Shown here piece after piece: positions 9,255 through 21,212 of a DNA stretch of 64,000 bases (its first letter is position 1; every line of letters begins with the position of its first letter). The position numbers were made by a program, and so were the translations under genes. The notes beneath the pieces were generated by a model. It was not told the origin of the DNA and did no database searches. It saw only the letters and a program-made list of their open reading frames with translations. Location: assembly GCA_963780015.1 (NCBI GenBank), contig CAWAAO010000014.1, positions 269,336-333,335 of the forward strand. The letters run 5' to 3'. The stretch comes from an uncultured Actinomycetes bacterium. Its GTDB lineage: Bacteria > Actinomycetota > UBA4738 > HRBIN12.

Positions 9255-11802
9255 ATGACGCAGGGCTCGTCGTTCCGGCTGCCACGCACCGTGACCCCGT
9301 CGCGCTACGCGATCGAGCTGCGGCTCGACCCCGCGGCGCCGACCTTCGACGGGACGGTCGATGTCGCGGTCACGGTGCACGAGGCCGTGGGCGAGATCGT
9401 GCTCAACGGCACCGAGATCACCGTGCACGCCGGGGCGCTGGTCGGCGCCGACGAGCAGGTGGTCGAGATCGACAAGGCGGTGCCCGATGCGGCGGCAGGC
9501 AGGCTCACGCTGGAGCTGCCGTCGGTGCTCGCCCCCGGCGAGTACTCGCTGCGTCTGGAGTTCTCGGGCCGGCTCAGCGATCTCATGGAGGGGATGTACC
9601 GCTCGCGCTACACCGACGATGCCGGCGCCGAGCACGTCATCATCACGACCCACTTCGAGGCCACCGACGCCCGGCGCAACTTCCCGTGTTGGGATGAGCC
9701 CGATCTGAAGGCGTCGTTCGCGCTCACGCTGGTGGTCCCCGAGGACGTGACCGCGCTCACGAACACGCCCGAGATCGGTCGTGAGCCCGCCGATCCGGGA
9801 TTCGTTCGCATCCGGTTCGCCGAATCCATGGTGATGTCGACGTATCTGGTGTGCATCGTCGTCGGCCGCCTCGCCCTGACCGAGCCCGTCTTCGCGGGGC
9901 CGGTCCCCATCCGGGTCGCGTGCCGACCCGACCGCATCCAGCTGGCCGACTACGCCAACGAGGTCGCGGTCTTCTCCTTGGAGTGGTTCGGCGAGTACTA
10001 CGGCATCCCGTATCCGGAGCAGAAGCTCGATCAGGCGGCGATCCCCGACTTCGCCCAGGGCGCCATGGAGAACACCGGCCTCGTGACCTACCGCGAGACG
10101 CTCCTGCTCCTCGATCCGGCGCAGGCGGCGCACGAGGAACGCCTCGATGTCGCCGAGACCGTGGCCCACGAGCTCGCCCACATGTGGTTCGGCGATCTCG
10201 TCACGATGCGGTGGTGGAACGGGATCTGGCTCAACGAGGCGTTCGCGACCTTCATGTCGTACCTGTGCGTCGACGCGATGGAGCCCTCGTGGCGCGTGTT
10301 CGATTCGTTCCAGGCGATCCGCATGACGGCGTTCGAGGTCGATTCGCTCGCTCAGCACGCGGCCGATCGAGTTCCCGGTGGAATCCCCCGACGAGGCCAG
10401 CGGCATGTTCGACACGCTGACCTACACGAAGGGCGGGGCGGTCCTGCGGATGATCGAGCAGTGGCTCGGACCGGAGCGGTTCCGGGACGGGATCCGCCGC
10501 TACCTCGCCACGCACGCCTACGGCAACACCGAAACCCACCATCTGTGGGATGCGCTCGAGGAGCAGAGCGGGCAGCCCGTGCGCCGGATCATGGACGCCT
10601 GGATCTTCCAGCCGGGATACCCGGCGATCGATGTTCGCCTGCATGGCGACGTCGTGCGGCTCACGCAGCAGCGGTTCGCGCCCTCGCTGTCCGACGACGA
10701 CACGACCTGGCCCGTCCCGCTGATCGTGCGGCAGCGAACGCCCGATGGCGATGTCCTCGAACGGGTCCTGGTCGAGGCCGACGGGCTCGACATCCCGCTG
10801 GCGCATCCCGATGCTCTGGTGGTGGCGAACGCCGGGGCCTCCGCGTTCGTTCGGACGTTCTACGACGACGAGCTCCGCGCGCGGCTCCTCGCGCACGTGG
10901 ACGAACTCCCGCCGGCCGAGCGTCAGGGTCTCGTCGACGACGCGTGGGCGGCGGTGGTCGCCGGGCAGGCCGAGGTCGGGACGTTCCTCGATCTGGTGCT
11001 CGGCTTCGCCGACGAGACCGCGCCGGCGGTGTGGCAGACGATCATGGTGGGGCTGGCCTGGTGCGACCGCTTCCTGGAGGGCGAGCCGCGGGAACGGTTC
11101 CGCGACGCGGTCCGCGAACTGGTGCGCCCCGCGCTCGGCCGGCTCGGGTGGGAAACGCGGCCCGAGGACTCCGACCTCGACCGAGAGCTCCGCGGCGATC
11201 TGATCCGCACGCTCGGGATCCTCGGGGACGACCCCGAAACGCAGGGCATGGCGCGCGAGGTCGAGACGCTGTCGCGCGCCGGCGACGGTGGCGAGCCGAG
11301 CGTCGTGGCGGCCGCGATCGAGATCGTGGCGTTCGCGGGCGGCCCGGAAGAGTACGACGCGTTCGTGGCGCGGATGCAAGACGCGCCCACCCCACAGGAG
11401 CAGGAGCGATACCGGTATGCGCTCGCCCGCTTCCGTGACCCGGCGTTGATGGAACGCACGCTCGCGCTGGCGACGTCGGGGGCGATCCGCTCCCAGGACG
11501 CGCCGTTCCTGCTGTCCCGGTCGGAAACCAACCGAGATGTCGGGGAGGTCGCGTGGCGGTACGTGCGAGACAACTGGGACGAGTTGGTGCCGCAGTTCGC
11601 GGCCTCCAACGTCATCCACCTCGCCCAGGGCGCGCGCTTCCTCACGACACCCGATCAGGTGGCCGACGTCCAGGCGTTCTTCGCCGAGCACGACATCCCG
11701 CAGAACCGGCTGTCGTTGCTCCAGGCCTTGGAGCGTCAGCGGCTGCTGTCGGCCTTGCGGGAACGGGCGGCGGGCGCGTTGGCCGCCCGTTTCGGCGGCT
11801 GA
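9255..11802 (+). CDS. pepN: aminopeptidase N (M1 family), +1 frame disruption near 10355
   Basis: GAMEN exopeptidase motif, plus HELAHMWFGD and WLNEAFA (HExxH-18-E). The N-terminal part is in track ORF 9255.. and the C-terminal part in 10378..11802. The junction reads ...VDSLAQ/TRPIEFPVESPDE. Confidence 0.85.
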
Positions 11803-11823
11803 GGCGCCCGCCCTCGGGATCCC

Positions 11824-12370
11824 GTGGGCACGGACCGGCTCCACATCCTGACGGGGGCGCCCGGCTCGGGGAAGACCGCGATCCTGGAGGGTCTCGGCGA
11901 CGGCGTCCACACGGTGGGCGAGCCCGCGCGGGAGGTCATCGCCGAGCAGCGGGCCGTCGGTGGCGCCGGCACCTCCGATCAGGATCCGGCGCTGTTCGTG
12001 GCACTGCTGCTGCGAGCGATCGATCGACAGGCATCGCGACGCCGTTGCGCTCGGCGGCGCCTCTCGTGCTGTTCGACCGCGGGGTGCCCGACTGCGTCGC
12101 GTACGCGGCCGTGTTGGGCGTCGATCCCGCCGGGAGCCTCGCCGCAGCCCGGCAGTACCGGTATCACCCCGAGGTGATGATCCTCGAGCCGTGGGAGCAG
12201 ATCTACGCCACCGACGCCGAGCGCACGATGTCGTTCGAGCAAACGATCCCGTTCCACGCGGCCCTGGTCGATGCCTACGAGGGAGCGGGCTACACCCTCG
12301 TCTCGGTGCCCACCGGGTCCGTCGCGGACCGTGTCGCCTTCGTCGCGCGACGCGATCACCCGGTGACCGG
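11824..12370 (+). CDS. small AAA-type (AAA_28-like) ATPase, two frame disruptions near 12030 and 12058, 3' end uncertain
   Basis: Walker A is LTGAPGSGKTA. It continues as ...RDAVALGG / APLVLFDRGVPDCVAYA... in two other frames. The end is ambiguous because it overlaps the convergent gene. Confidence 0.5.
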
Positions 12371-13336
12371 GTCGACCTCGGCCAGATCCGACGGGTCGGT
12401 GTTTCCGCCGCACAGGACGAGCCCGATCCGCTCGCCGGGCCGTGGCTCGTAGGCCCCACCGAGCAGCGCCGCAAGCGTCGCGGCCGCGCCGGGCTCCGTG
12501 ACGATGCGCGCGTGCTCCCACAACAGCTGTCGGGCACGCATGATGTCGTCGTCGCTGACCAGCACGACCTGCGGCACGAACCGCGCGGCGATCCCCAGCG
12601 CGATCAAGCCCGCGCGCTGCGCGCCGAGCGCATCGGCGGCGACGCCGCCCACCTCCACGTCCACCGGTTCCCCGGACGCGAGCGCCCGTGACAGGGTCGG
12701 GCATCGTTGCGGCTCGACCCCGATGACCCGTGTGTCGGTCGCGTACCAGGCGGCGACGCCCGCGATCAGACCGCCGCCGCCGACCGCGACGATGACGGTG
12801 TCCAGCGCCGGCGCCTGGCCCGACAGCTCGGCGGCCAGCGTGCCCTGCCCGGCGACGACGGCCGGCTGGTCATACGGGTGCATGAACGCGGCGCCCGTGT
12901 CGAACGCGCGCTCCTCGCAGGCGGCGTACGCCTCGGCGTAGAACCCGTCGATCACGTGCACGGTCGCGCCGTAGGCACGGATCTTCTCGGTCTTCATCGC
13001 CGGCGACGTCGAGGGCACGAAGATCTCGGCGGGGTGGCCGAGCACCTTGGCGGCGTAGGCCACCGCGAGGCCGAAGTTCCCGCCGGAGGCGGCGAGCACG
13101 CCGCTGGCATCGATGTCGGCGGTGAGCATGCGGTTGAACGCGCCCCTGGGCTTGAACGAGCCGGTGTGCTGGAGCAGTTCCAGCTTCAGCGTGAGGAGAC
13201 CGCCGACGCCGAACGCCCCCGCCTCGAGATCGATCGTCGGGGTGCGCCGGATATGCGGGTCGATCAGGTGGTTGGCGGTCTCGACGTCGAAACGCGTGAC
13301 ATCGAGCGGCTGGTCCCCGGGCGACAAGGTGCTCAC
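12356..13336 (-). CDS. PLP-dependent threonine/serine dehydratase family enzyme
   Basis: [11 protein letters not shown]-lysine motif and GGGGLIAG glycine loop. I start it at GTG 13336 rather than the track start 13492, which would overlap the divergent gene. Confidence 0.8.
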   Translation of the reverse strand: MSTLSPGDQPLDVTRFDVETANHLIDPHIRRTPTIDLEAGAFGVGGLLTLKLELLQHTGSFKPRGAFNRMLTADIDASGVLAASGGNFGLAVAYAAKVLGHPAEIFVPSTSPAMKTEKIRAYGATVHVIDGFYAEAYAACEERAFDTGAAFMHPYDQPAVVAGQGTLAAELSGQAPALDTVIVAVGGGGLIAGVAAWYATDTRVIGVEPQRCPTLSRALASGEPVDVEVGGVAADALGAQRAGLIALGIAARFVPQVVLVSDDDIMRARQLLWEHARIVTEPGAAATLAALLGGAYEPRPGERIGLVLCGGNTDPSDLAEVDPVTG

Positions 13337-13389
13337 CCCCGTATCGAACCACGTCGATGGGGCCGGGTCACGGCAGCTCGGGGGTGCGG

Positions 13390-13395
13390 TAGCCT
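13390..13395 (+). promoter_or_regulatory. -10-like hexamer placed for a leaderless transcript
   Basis: GGTAGCCT, 8 nt before ATG 13404. Confidence 0.35.
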
Positions 13396-13403
13396 GCGCC
13401 CGC

Positions 13404-14169
13404 ATGCGACTCGTCCGATTCCGACACGGTGACCGGATCGCCACCGGCGCGATCCAGACGGGCACCGACACGATCCAGGTGCTCGCCGGCACCTTCTTCG
13501 AGGACCCGCTGCCGACCGGTGAGACCGTCGAGCTGGACGATGTCCTGCTGCTCGCTCCGATCCTGCCGTCGAAGGTCGTGTGCGTCGGAAAGAACTACGC
13601 CGCACACGCGGCCGAGTTCGATTCGGAGGTCCCGGAGGAACCGCTGCTGTTCCTCAAACCCTCGACGGCGGTGATCGGTCCGGGCGATCCCATCCGGCTG
13701 CTGCCCATCAGCCGTCGGATCGACTACGAGGGCGAGCTCGCCGTGGTGATGGGGCGGCTGGCACGCAACGTTCGGGCGGAGGACGCCTCCCGCTTCATCC
13801 TCGGTTTCACCTGCGCCAACGATGTCACCCTGCGTTCCTTGCAGAAGACCGACGATCAATGGACCCGGGCCAAGGGCTTCGACGGTTCGTGTCCGCTGGG
13901 TCCGTGGATCGCCACCGACGTCGATCCCACCGGCGTCGTCGTCGAGACGCGCTTGAACGGGGAGGTCGTGCAGCACGGCAGCACCGAGGACATGGTCTTC
14001 GGGGTCGCCACCCTCATCGAGTTCATCACCGCGTTCATGACGCTGCTGCCCGGCGACGTGCTCCTGACCGGGACCCCGGAGGGTGTCGGCAAGATCGTCG
14101 CCGGGCGACGTCGTCGAGGTCGAGGTCGACGGCATCGGGACGCTGCGGAACCCGGTGGTGGGGCCGTGA
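13404..14169 (+). CDS. fumarylacetoacetate hydrolase (FAH) family protein, +1 disruption near 14098
   Basis: Motifs [26 protein letters not shown] and [13 protein letters not shown]. The tail [22 protein letters not shown] is in the next frame. Confidence 0.8.
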
Positions 14170-15589
14170 GCGTTCGCTGTCGCTTCGCGCCCGCGCCGTC
14201 GGGGTCTCTGCACGTGGGGAACGCACGAAGCGCCTTGTTCTCGTGGCTCTGGGCCCGGCACCACGGCGGCGCGTTCGTCCTGCGGGTCGAGGACACCGAC
14301 GCGTCGCGCGTGACCGAGGAGGCGTTCCGCGGCGTGCTCGAGGACATGCGCTGGCTCGGCCTCGACTGGGACGAGGGCCCGGAGGTCGGCGGACCGCACG
14401 GACCCTACCGGCAGTCCGAGCGGACCCAGATCTATGCCGAGGCGGTGGCCCGCCTCCTGGAGGGGGAGCACGCCTATCGCTGCTACTGCACCCCCGAGGA
14501 GCTCGAGGAGCGGCGCGGCACGGCGCGGGCACGTGGGCAGGCGCCCGGCTACGACGGGCGGTGCCGTTCGCTGACCGAGCAGGAGATCGCCGCGTTCGAG
14601 GCGGAGGGCCGCGTACCCGGTGGTGCGGTTCCGCATGCCCGACGACGAGCAGATCCTGCAGGATCTCGTGAAGGGCGAGGTCCGGTGGGGACCGGGGGAG
14701 CTGCGCGACTTCGTGATCGTGCGCACCGATGGCACGCCGGTGTTCCTGCTGGCCGTGGCGGTGGACGATCTCGCGATGGGGGTCACCCACGTCGTCCGCG
14801 GCGACGACCTGCTGACGGCGGCCCCGCGCAACATCGCCGTGATCCGTGCGCTCGGCGGCACCCCGCCGATCTACGCCCACGTGCCCCAGGTGGTCGGCCC
14901 CGATCGCAAGCCGCTGTCGAAGCGCCACGGATCGACCAGTGTCCAGGCGTTCCGCGAGCAGGGCTTCTTGCCCGAGGCATTGGTGAACTACCTCGCGCTG
15001 CTCGGGTGGTCGCCCGGCGACGATCGCGAGCAGCTGTCCCGTGAGGAGTTGGTGGCCGCGTTCGATCTGTCGCGCGTGTCGTCGAACCCCGCGGCGTTCG
15101 ACCCCGAGAAGCTCACGTGGCTGAACAACCGGTACATCCAAACCCTGGACGACGACGATCTCGCCGCCCGGTGTGTCCACTTCCTGGTGGAGGCGGGCGT
15201 CGGGGTCGATCCCGTGCTGCTTCGATCGGCGATGCCGCTGGTCAAGGAGCGGATGAAGACGCTGACCGAGGTGGTCGATCTCCTGCGCTTCCTGTTCAGC
15301 GACGACATCGTTCCCAACCCGAAGGCGGCGGACATCCTGTGCGAAGGCTCCCGAGGGCTACCTCAAGGAAGCGGCCGCGGCACTCGATGCCTGTCCGGGA
15401 TGGGAAGCCGAACAGATCGCGCAGACGCTGGACGCGCTGGCCGAGCGGGCCGGGCTGAACCGCACCAAGGGGTGGCAGCCGATCCGCGCGGCCGTGACCG
15501 GCTCGAACGTGTCGCCGCCGCTGCCGGAGTCCTTGGCGCTGCTCGGCCGCGATCGCACACTGGAGCGCGTACGGCTCGCCGCGGGTTGA
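14166..15589 (+). CDS. gltX: glutamyl-tRNA synthetase, two +1 disruptions (near 14612 and 15348)
   Basis: [11 protein letters not shown] (HIGH-like) and PLSKRHG (KMSKS-like) motifs. The three frame segments join into one colinear GluRS. GTG 14166 overlaps the FAH stop. Confidence 0.85.
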
Positions 15590-16331
15590 TCCGGGCCGCG
15601 ACGGCCGCGCTCGCGACGCTGTCGCTGCTGGGCGGCGCGAGCGTCTCGCCGGTCGATCTGCACGCCGCACCGCGGTACGCGGCGTCGTCTGTTCGCGCGA
15701 CCGGGCAGCATCCAGAAGCCGCCGATCGTGTGGAAGCCGATCCCCTACGGGCAGAAGCGCCTGGACGAGATGGCGGCCTACTCGAAGCGGCACTACGGGA
15801 CGAGGACCTGGCGGCTGCACGTCGCCGCACGTCATCGTCGAGCACTACACGGACGGCACGTCGTTCTCCTCGGCGTGGAACACGTTCGCCGCGAACTCCA
15901 AGCACAACGGCGAGCTGCCGGGCACGTGCGCGCATTTCATCATCGACACGGACGGAACCATCTACCAACTCGCGAAGCTCGACGTCCGGTGCCGCCACGC
16001 GATCGGCATGAACTGGACGGCGATCGGGATCGAGCACGTCGGCACCAGCGATCGGATGGTGCTGAGCAACCATGCGCAGATGCGGTCGTCACTGCGGCTC
16101 ACCCTGTGGCTGATGCAGCGCTACGACATCAACGTGGGCAACGTGATCGGCCACGCCGAGACCCTCCAGAGCAGCTACCACCACGAGTTGTATCCCGCGT
16201 GGCAGTGCTGGACCCACGCCGACTTCCCCCATTGGGCGATGCATGAGTACCGCTCCCGCGTACGCGATCTCGCGACGCTTCGCGGGATCGCCGTCGGCCG
16301 CGGCCCCGTCTGGGTCGACAACGGCTGCTAA
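15586..16331 (+). CDS. secreted N-acetylmuramoyl-L-alanine amidase (PGRP/Amidase_2 type), two disruptions near 15715 and 15825
   Basis: Signal-peptide-like AALATLSLLGGASV, then IVEHYTDG, CAHFIIDTDGTIYQL, NWTAIGIEHVG and GHAE motifs spread over three frames. Confidence 0.65.
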
Positions 16332-16404
16332 CCGCGGCGTCCGGTTCGCTTGCGCGCGGTGCCTCCGGGGAGCAGGATGCAAGGGTCATACCCGAGGGGG
16401 ACCG

Positions 16405-16617
16405 GTGGCGAAGACCCTGACCCTGCCGGAGCGGCAGGACGCGCAAGGCGCCTGGCATCAGGTGGTGCACGACGTCTGCTGGTGTGGGTGCCGCTACCTC
16501 CTCGCGGAGGACGATCACGATCTCGTCTGGGAGCCGGGGCGCCACCGGGAGCGCGGGTGTATCGACGATCTCTGCGAGTGTCACACGGCGCCGGTCGTCG
16601 GCGAGCGCCGGGAATGA
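16405..16617 (+). CDS. small Cys/His-rich hypothetical protein (70 aa)
   Basis: GTG is preceded by GAGGGGGA SD. Contains CWCGC ... C-x4-C-x-C-H. No family recognised. Confidence 0.35.
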   Translation: MAKTLTLPERQDAQGAWHQVVHDVCWCGCRYLLAEDDHDLVWEPGRHRERGCIDDLCECHTAPVVGERRE

Positions 16618-16630
16618 CGTCTCGTAGCCC

Positions 16631-18058
16631 CTAGGGCGTCGGATCCAGGATCAGCGGCGGCAGTGGTCGCTGCGTGAAGTCGAACTCCCGCATCAGGTTG
16701 CTGAGGATCGCCACTTCCTCCCGCACCGTCGGACGGGGATCCGGGCGACCGTCCGTCTTCGGGTCGAGCCGCTGGCCCCCGAGGAAGCGATCCTCGATCA
16801 GCTTCAGGTAGGCATCGAAGGACAGCGTCCGGTGGTCGATCCCGCGCTTGACCCACGGGCTGATCACGATGCCCGGCACCCGCAGCCCGTACCCGTTCCG
16901 GTCGACCTTCGGCGGCACGACGTGGTCGTAGAAGCCGCCCCAGTCGTCCCACGTCAGATAGATCGCGGAGGAGTCCCAGTTCGGGCCGCGCATCACGGCG
17001 TTCACGAGCCTCGTGACGTACGCCTGCCCGCTTCGGATCGGCGTGCCCGACCCCGGGTGCTCGCTCGCGAGGTTGCCCGGCATGATCCACGACACGTACG
17101 GGAGCGTGCCGCTCGCTCGCCTGACGGATGAACGCCTCGTGCGTGGTGAAGTTGCCGAGTTGCCCGCGGTTGACCACGTCGACGAAACCCGGGAGGGGGC
17201 TCTTCGAGGACAGCGTCTTCCCGTACCTCCCTGCCTTCTGGGTGCACGGGTCCTGCACGCAGGTGCCCTTCCCCATGTACACCTTCCAGCTGACGCCGGC
17301 CTTGCCCAGCAGGTAGGTGATGTCGGTCCATGCGTAGATCGGCGACTGCCGGTAGCGGAACTGCTCATGCCGGCCCGTCAGGTCGAGGTTCGAACGGCAA
17401 CTCATCGGGTCGGTCGTGTCGGGGCAGAGCGCCGACCATCCGGAGAACAGGAACAGATGCGACGGCAGGGTCCAGGAGTCCGCGGGCGCGAACATGTGAT
17501 CCTGCAGCAGATAGTGCTTCGCGTACGCCCAGTAGTTCGGGATCTCCTTGCCCGTGTGGTAGCTGAGGACGTCCGGCTGGTTGTGCGGCCCGAGGAACGG
17601 TCGGCACGCGGCCGTGAAGCGCTTGGTTTCGGCGGCGCACTTGTCCTTGCCCCTCGCTCACCGCGGTCACGAAGCCGTTCATCTTGCCGCCGTTGCGATC
17701 GATGATCGGAGGCCTTCTGATCGTGCGGGCCGCCCTGCTGGTACTGGGTCGTGCTGTGGTACGGGCGCGAGCAATGCCCGAGCACCCAGTCCGGTATGCA
17801 GATCTTCGGTGTGCCGTCGGGCCGCATCGGGATCCCGTTCGCACCGGGGAACGTCCCGAAGTAGTGATCGAAGGAGCGATTCTCCTGCACGATGATGATG
17901 ATGTGATCGATCGACCCGGTCGCACGGGTCGAGACGGCGGAAGCACCGACTGCGCTCGGGCTGGTGTTGTTCGGCGTCGCGGCGTTCGACGAGAGGGCGC
18001 TCGCGGCGGTAACGACGCCGAGCAGGACGATCGCCAGCAGGGCGCCAACCGATCGCAT
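16631..18058 (-). pseudogene. phosphoesterase family (phospholipase C / acid phosphatase, PF04185-like) paralog 1, at least 3 frame disruptions
   Basis: Has a signal peptide MRSVGALLAIVLLGVV and motifs [46 protein letters not shown] and [12 protein letters not shown]. These are spread over four minus-strand frames, with junctions near 17700, 17640 and 17110. It could also be an intact gene hit by assembly errors. Confidence 0.65.
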
Positions 18059-18166
18059 CCGTGTCGACGGGAGTTCCCCTCTCCGAAACACGCGCGCACC
18101 ATACCTTCCGGCCGAGGTCGGCGCTACCCGCATTGGCCATCCGTCGGGAGGCTCGGCTTCGGGGGG

Positions 18167-18172
18167 TACGGT
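18167..18172 (+). promoter_or_regulatory. -10-like hexamer placed for a leaderless transcript
   Basis: TACGGT, 6 nt before ATG 18179. Confidence 0.3.
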
Positions 18173-18178
18173 GTCTGG

Positions 18179-18554
18179 ATGGACGACGTGGGGTCCCTCA
18201 GCGGCATCGTGCTCGAGTGCCGCGACCCGACGGAACTTGCGCGCTTCTACAGCGCACTGACCGGCTGGCCACTCGTGTTCACGGATGACGACTTCGCCGC
18301 CATCGGTGAGGGTCCCGAGGCGGCGTTCCATCTCGGGTTCCAACGCGCGCCCGCTCACGAGCCGCCGACGTGGCCGGACCCGCGCTCCTCGATGCAGTCC
18401 CACCTCCACATCAAGGTGAGGGACCTCGATGCGGCGGAGCGCCGTGTGCTCGAGCTCGGCGGAACCAGGTTCTCGACGCAACCGGCACCCGACGCGTCAT
18501 CGCGTCCTCGCCGACCCCGCGGGCCACCCCTTCTGCCTCGTCCCGCTCGAGTGA
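18179..18554 (+). CDS. VOC/glyoxalase-like domain protein, +1 disruption near 18495
   Basis: LSGIVLECRDPTELARFYSALTGW ... HLHIKVRDLDAAERRVLELGG. The tail HRVLADPAGHPFCLVPLE* is in the next frame. Confidence 0.6.
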
Positions 18555-18597
18555 CAACGCTCGCGGTCTCGTCCGGACGACGACACACTGGTCGCAG

Positions 18598-18954
18598 TCA
18601 TCGGCGATCGTCGCGATTGCGTTCGTAGTCCGCCGCCACCCGCTTGGGGACGCACATCCGCCACGCATCGAGCACGAGCTCGCGCATCTCGGTCGCATCG
18701 ATCGCGGCGAGCCGGACCTGGACCCAGTGGTAGCGGACGTCGGATGGCTCCGGCATCAGGAACTTCCGCGGATCCGACGCGACGAGCGCTTCACGTTCCT
18801 CCTTGGGGAAGCCGAAACCCATCACGGCCTCGTCCTGAGAGAACGCGAGGTAGACGATGCGTCCAACTCGGAACTTGACGCGATCCCGAACCAGCGCCTC
18901 GGTCGTTCGCGGGAGCCGCAGCGCGAATGCGCGGACGTCATCGATGTCGACCAC
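18598..18954 (-). CDS. MmcQ/YjbR family protein
   Basis: Intact 118 aa. The pattern VRAFALRLP...E......KFRV..RIV matches the YjbR-like fold family as I remember it. Confidence 0.7.
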   Translation of the reverse strand: MVDIDDVRAFALRLPRTTEALVRDRVKFRVGRIVYLAFSQDEAVMGFGFPKEEREALVASDPRKFLMPEPSDVRYHWVQVRLAAIDATEMRELVLDAWRMCVPKRVAADYERNRDDRR

Positions 18955-19074
18955 GCCACGACGCTACCGCCCGGTACCGACTCCGTTCTTGCGATCCGGC
19001 ATCGGAGACGCCCTCCAGCATCCTCGACATGTGTGCCGACCGCACCCAGGTGGTGGAGTCGATCCGCACCAGGC

Positions 19075-19650
19075 GGCGGAAGTCGAGCCGCCACCCGGCA
19101 GTACCGAGACGTTCAAGGCGCCGTTCACGTTCCCGGTAGGCCCTGACTGGAGTTTCTCGGGTGAAGGGGTCCGGTACCACTCGTGGGATGCGACGGACGG
19201 GTCGAGGACGCACGTGATCGCCCTCAGCAGCGTCGTGGCAGCAGCGCCGGACGTGCTGCCTTGGTCAGCCTGCACGAGGCGTCGGCACGTCGAGTGACGC
19301 GATGACGAGCTGGCTGTCGACGCACCCCGCGCTCGACGCCACGACGCCTCGACCGGTGACGCTCGGCGCAGCGACGGGGAGCTATGTGGACGTACAGATA
19401 GCCGACGACTGGAATCAGGCATGCGCGCAAGGGCTTCACGCTCGTCACCGGCAAGCCCAGCGCTCGACAGAGCTGGTCGATCTTCGGGCCGGGAAAGCTG
19501 CGCATCTACGTGCTCGACGTTCCCGGTGGCGACACCGTCACGATCGTGATCGACGTCCCACAGAAGAGCGATTTCCACAACGTGATCGACGGAGCGGCGG
19601 CTCGTGGCGTTCTCAAGGACGGGCGGCGCGACCTCGGCCGCCGGCGGTGA
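19075..19650 (+). pseudogene. disrupted hypothetical (probably secreted) protein gene, boundaries uncertain
   Basis: High-GC3 coding segments appear in different frames: TETFKAPFTFPVGPDWSF...IALSSV, then WLSTHPALDATTPRPVTLGAATGSYVDVQIADDW, then GKLRIYVLDVPGGDTVTIVIDVPQ. No start could be defined. Confidence 0.3.
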
Positions 19651-19842
19651 AGAGGACGCGTCTGACGCTTGAGACCCGGTAGGCCCAGGGTATAGGGATT
19701 CGGCGCGCAAGTTCTGATGGACTGCGGCGGCTGGGTAGATCGTCGGCTGCGGGGTCTGATCACCGATGAACGGCGTATCGTCACGCGGTGACGTACACGC
19801 ACCGCTTCGTGATCCCCGACGTGTCAGGTTCGATCCTGCTCG

Positions 19843-21062
19843 TTGCAAGACGGGGCAGGATGGGCGCTGCCGAGAGTGCCGAGCGACGAACCCGAGATCG
19901 TCGTCAACGCTGCACCCGCGCTCCGCGACGTGGCGGGTGAGGACGTCTTCGTCCTCCGGGAGGTCCGTTTCGGCCCGATGCCCCTGCCGAACGATCAGGT
20001 CGTGTACGTCACCGAAGCGGTTTCGGGGCGCTCCGGCTCCGGACGCCGATTCGACGAGGCCGCTCTCGCCAACATGGAGATCGATCCTCTCGACCGCTCG
20101 GCCCTGCGATCGTGGTTCCGAGGCGACGCGCCCAGCTTCGCCCCAGCCCTGGCAGCGACCAGGTTGGTTCGCTTCCTGTCTCACCTGGATCGAAGCGATG
20201 GTCCCCGACGTGCAGGAGGTTCGGCAGGTCGCGACGTGGTGCAACTCCTGCATCTTGCGTGTCCAGTCGCCGACTGCGGCGCTCGTATTTCAAGGCCTCG
20301 CCCGCGTACTTCGTGAATGAGGCCGTCGTCACGGCGCTCCTTGCCGCACACTTCCCCCGCCGCGTCCCGCACGTCCTCGCCCTCGACGTCGAGCGGGGAT
20401 GGATGCTGCTGGAGGATCTCGGTGACGAGCCGGCCGACGCGATCCCCGTCGAGGATCGGATCGGAGCCCTGATCGCGATCGCCGAACTGCACCTCGCGAG
20501 CGTGCCGCATGTCGACGCGCTGACTCCAGGGCGGTTGCCTCAACCGGCGTCCGGCTGTGTTGTCGGACCAGATCGCCGAGCTGGCCGCCGATCGAACGGT
20601 GCCGCTCCCCGCTGACCTCGGCGCACGGTTCCAGCTCGCGGTTCCTCGTCTCCAGGAGTTGTGCGCCGAGGTGGCTTCGTCACCGGTCCCCGCGACGCTC
20701 GTCCACGGCGACCTTCATGCCGGGAACATCATGCGGACGGAGGGGCGCTTCGTGACGTTCGACTGGACCGACGCTTGCATCGCCGATCCCTTCGTCGACG
20801 TGCTGATGTTCCTCTCGCGGCTCCCCGATGATTCGGAGCTCGGCGCCGCGTTCCTCGACCACTATCTGGGCGTGTGGAGCGACGTGATTCCTCGACCGGA
20901 GCTGTTGCGTGGACCGAGATCGCCGAACCGGTGGCAGCGATGCACCACGCCGTCACGTATCGAGGCATCTACGACGCGTTCGGTGACTACGAATGGTGGC
21001 TGTTCGAGGGCGCGCTGCCTCGATGGATCGAACGCGCGCTCGCATCGCCTCGTCTCGCCTAG
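19843..21062 (+). pseudogene. aminoglycoside-phosphotransferase-family (APH-like) kinase gene with about 4 frame disruptions
   Basis: Segments PWQRPGWFASCLTWIE, VFKASPAYFVNEAVVTALLA, ERGWMLLEDLG, LVHGDLHAGNIM (HGD catalytic loop) and FDWTDACIADPF (DxD) are colinear across frames. Junctions lie near 20140, 20290, 20545 and 20900. Confidence 0.55.
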
Positions 21063-21118
21063 TCCCTGCACCTTGCGCACCCGCCAAGCGGAGTGGGAGC
21101 GAGGAGTTCACAAGACGG

Positions 21119-21191
21119 TAGTCCCAACGGGATTCGAACCCGTGTCTCCACCTTGAGAGGGTGGTGTCCTAGGCCTCTAGACGATGGGACC
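21119..21191 (-). tRNA. tRNA-Glu (anticodon CUC)
   Basis: The reverse complement GGTCCCATCGTCTAGAGGCCTAGGACACCACCCTCTCAAGGTGGAGACACGGGTTCGAATCCCGTTGGGACTA folds as a cloverleaf. The anticodon loop is CTCTCAA and the T-loop is TTCGAAT. CCA is not encoded. Confidence 0.9.
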
Positions 21192-21212
21192 GGAAGCGGC
21201 CGATCCGCATGC

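Noticed and set aside
14600-14620. Idea that the frame changes in gltX, trmD, recG and others are programmed ribosomal frameshifts or genuine pseudogenisation.
   Set aside because: No slippery heptamers or downstream structures are shared. The events hit many unrelated essential genes and are nearly all +1 nt, which fits consensus insertion errors better.
19826-19852. tRNA-like T-arm fragment GTCAGGTTCGATCCTGCTCGTTGCA, considered as a possible att remnant.
   Set aside because: No matching 5' acceptor strand or anticodon arm lies upstream. It is not a repeat of the tRNA-Glu or tRNA-Gln 3' end, and the similarity is limited to the generic GGTTCGAxCC T-loop.
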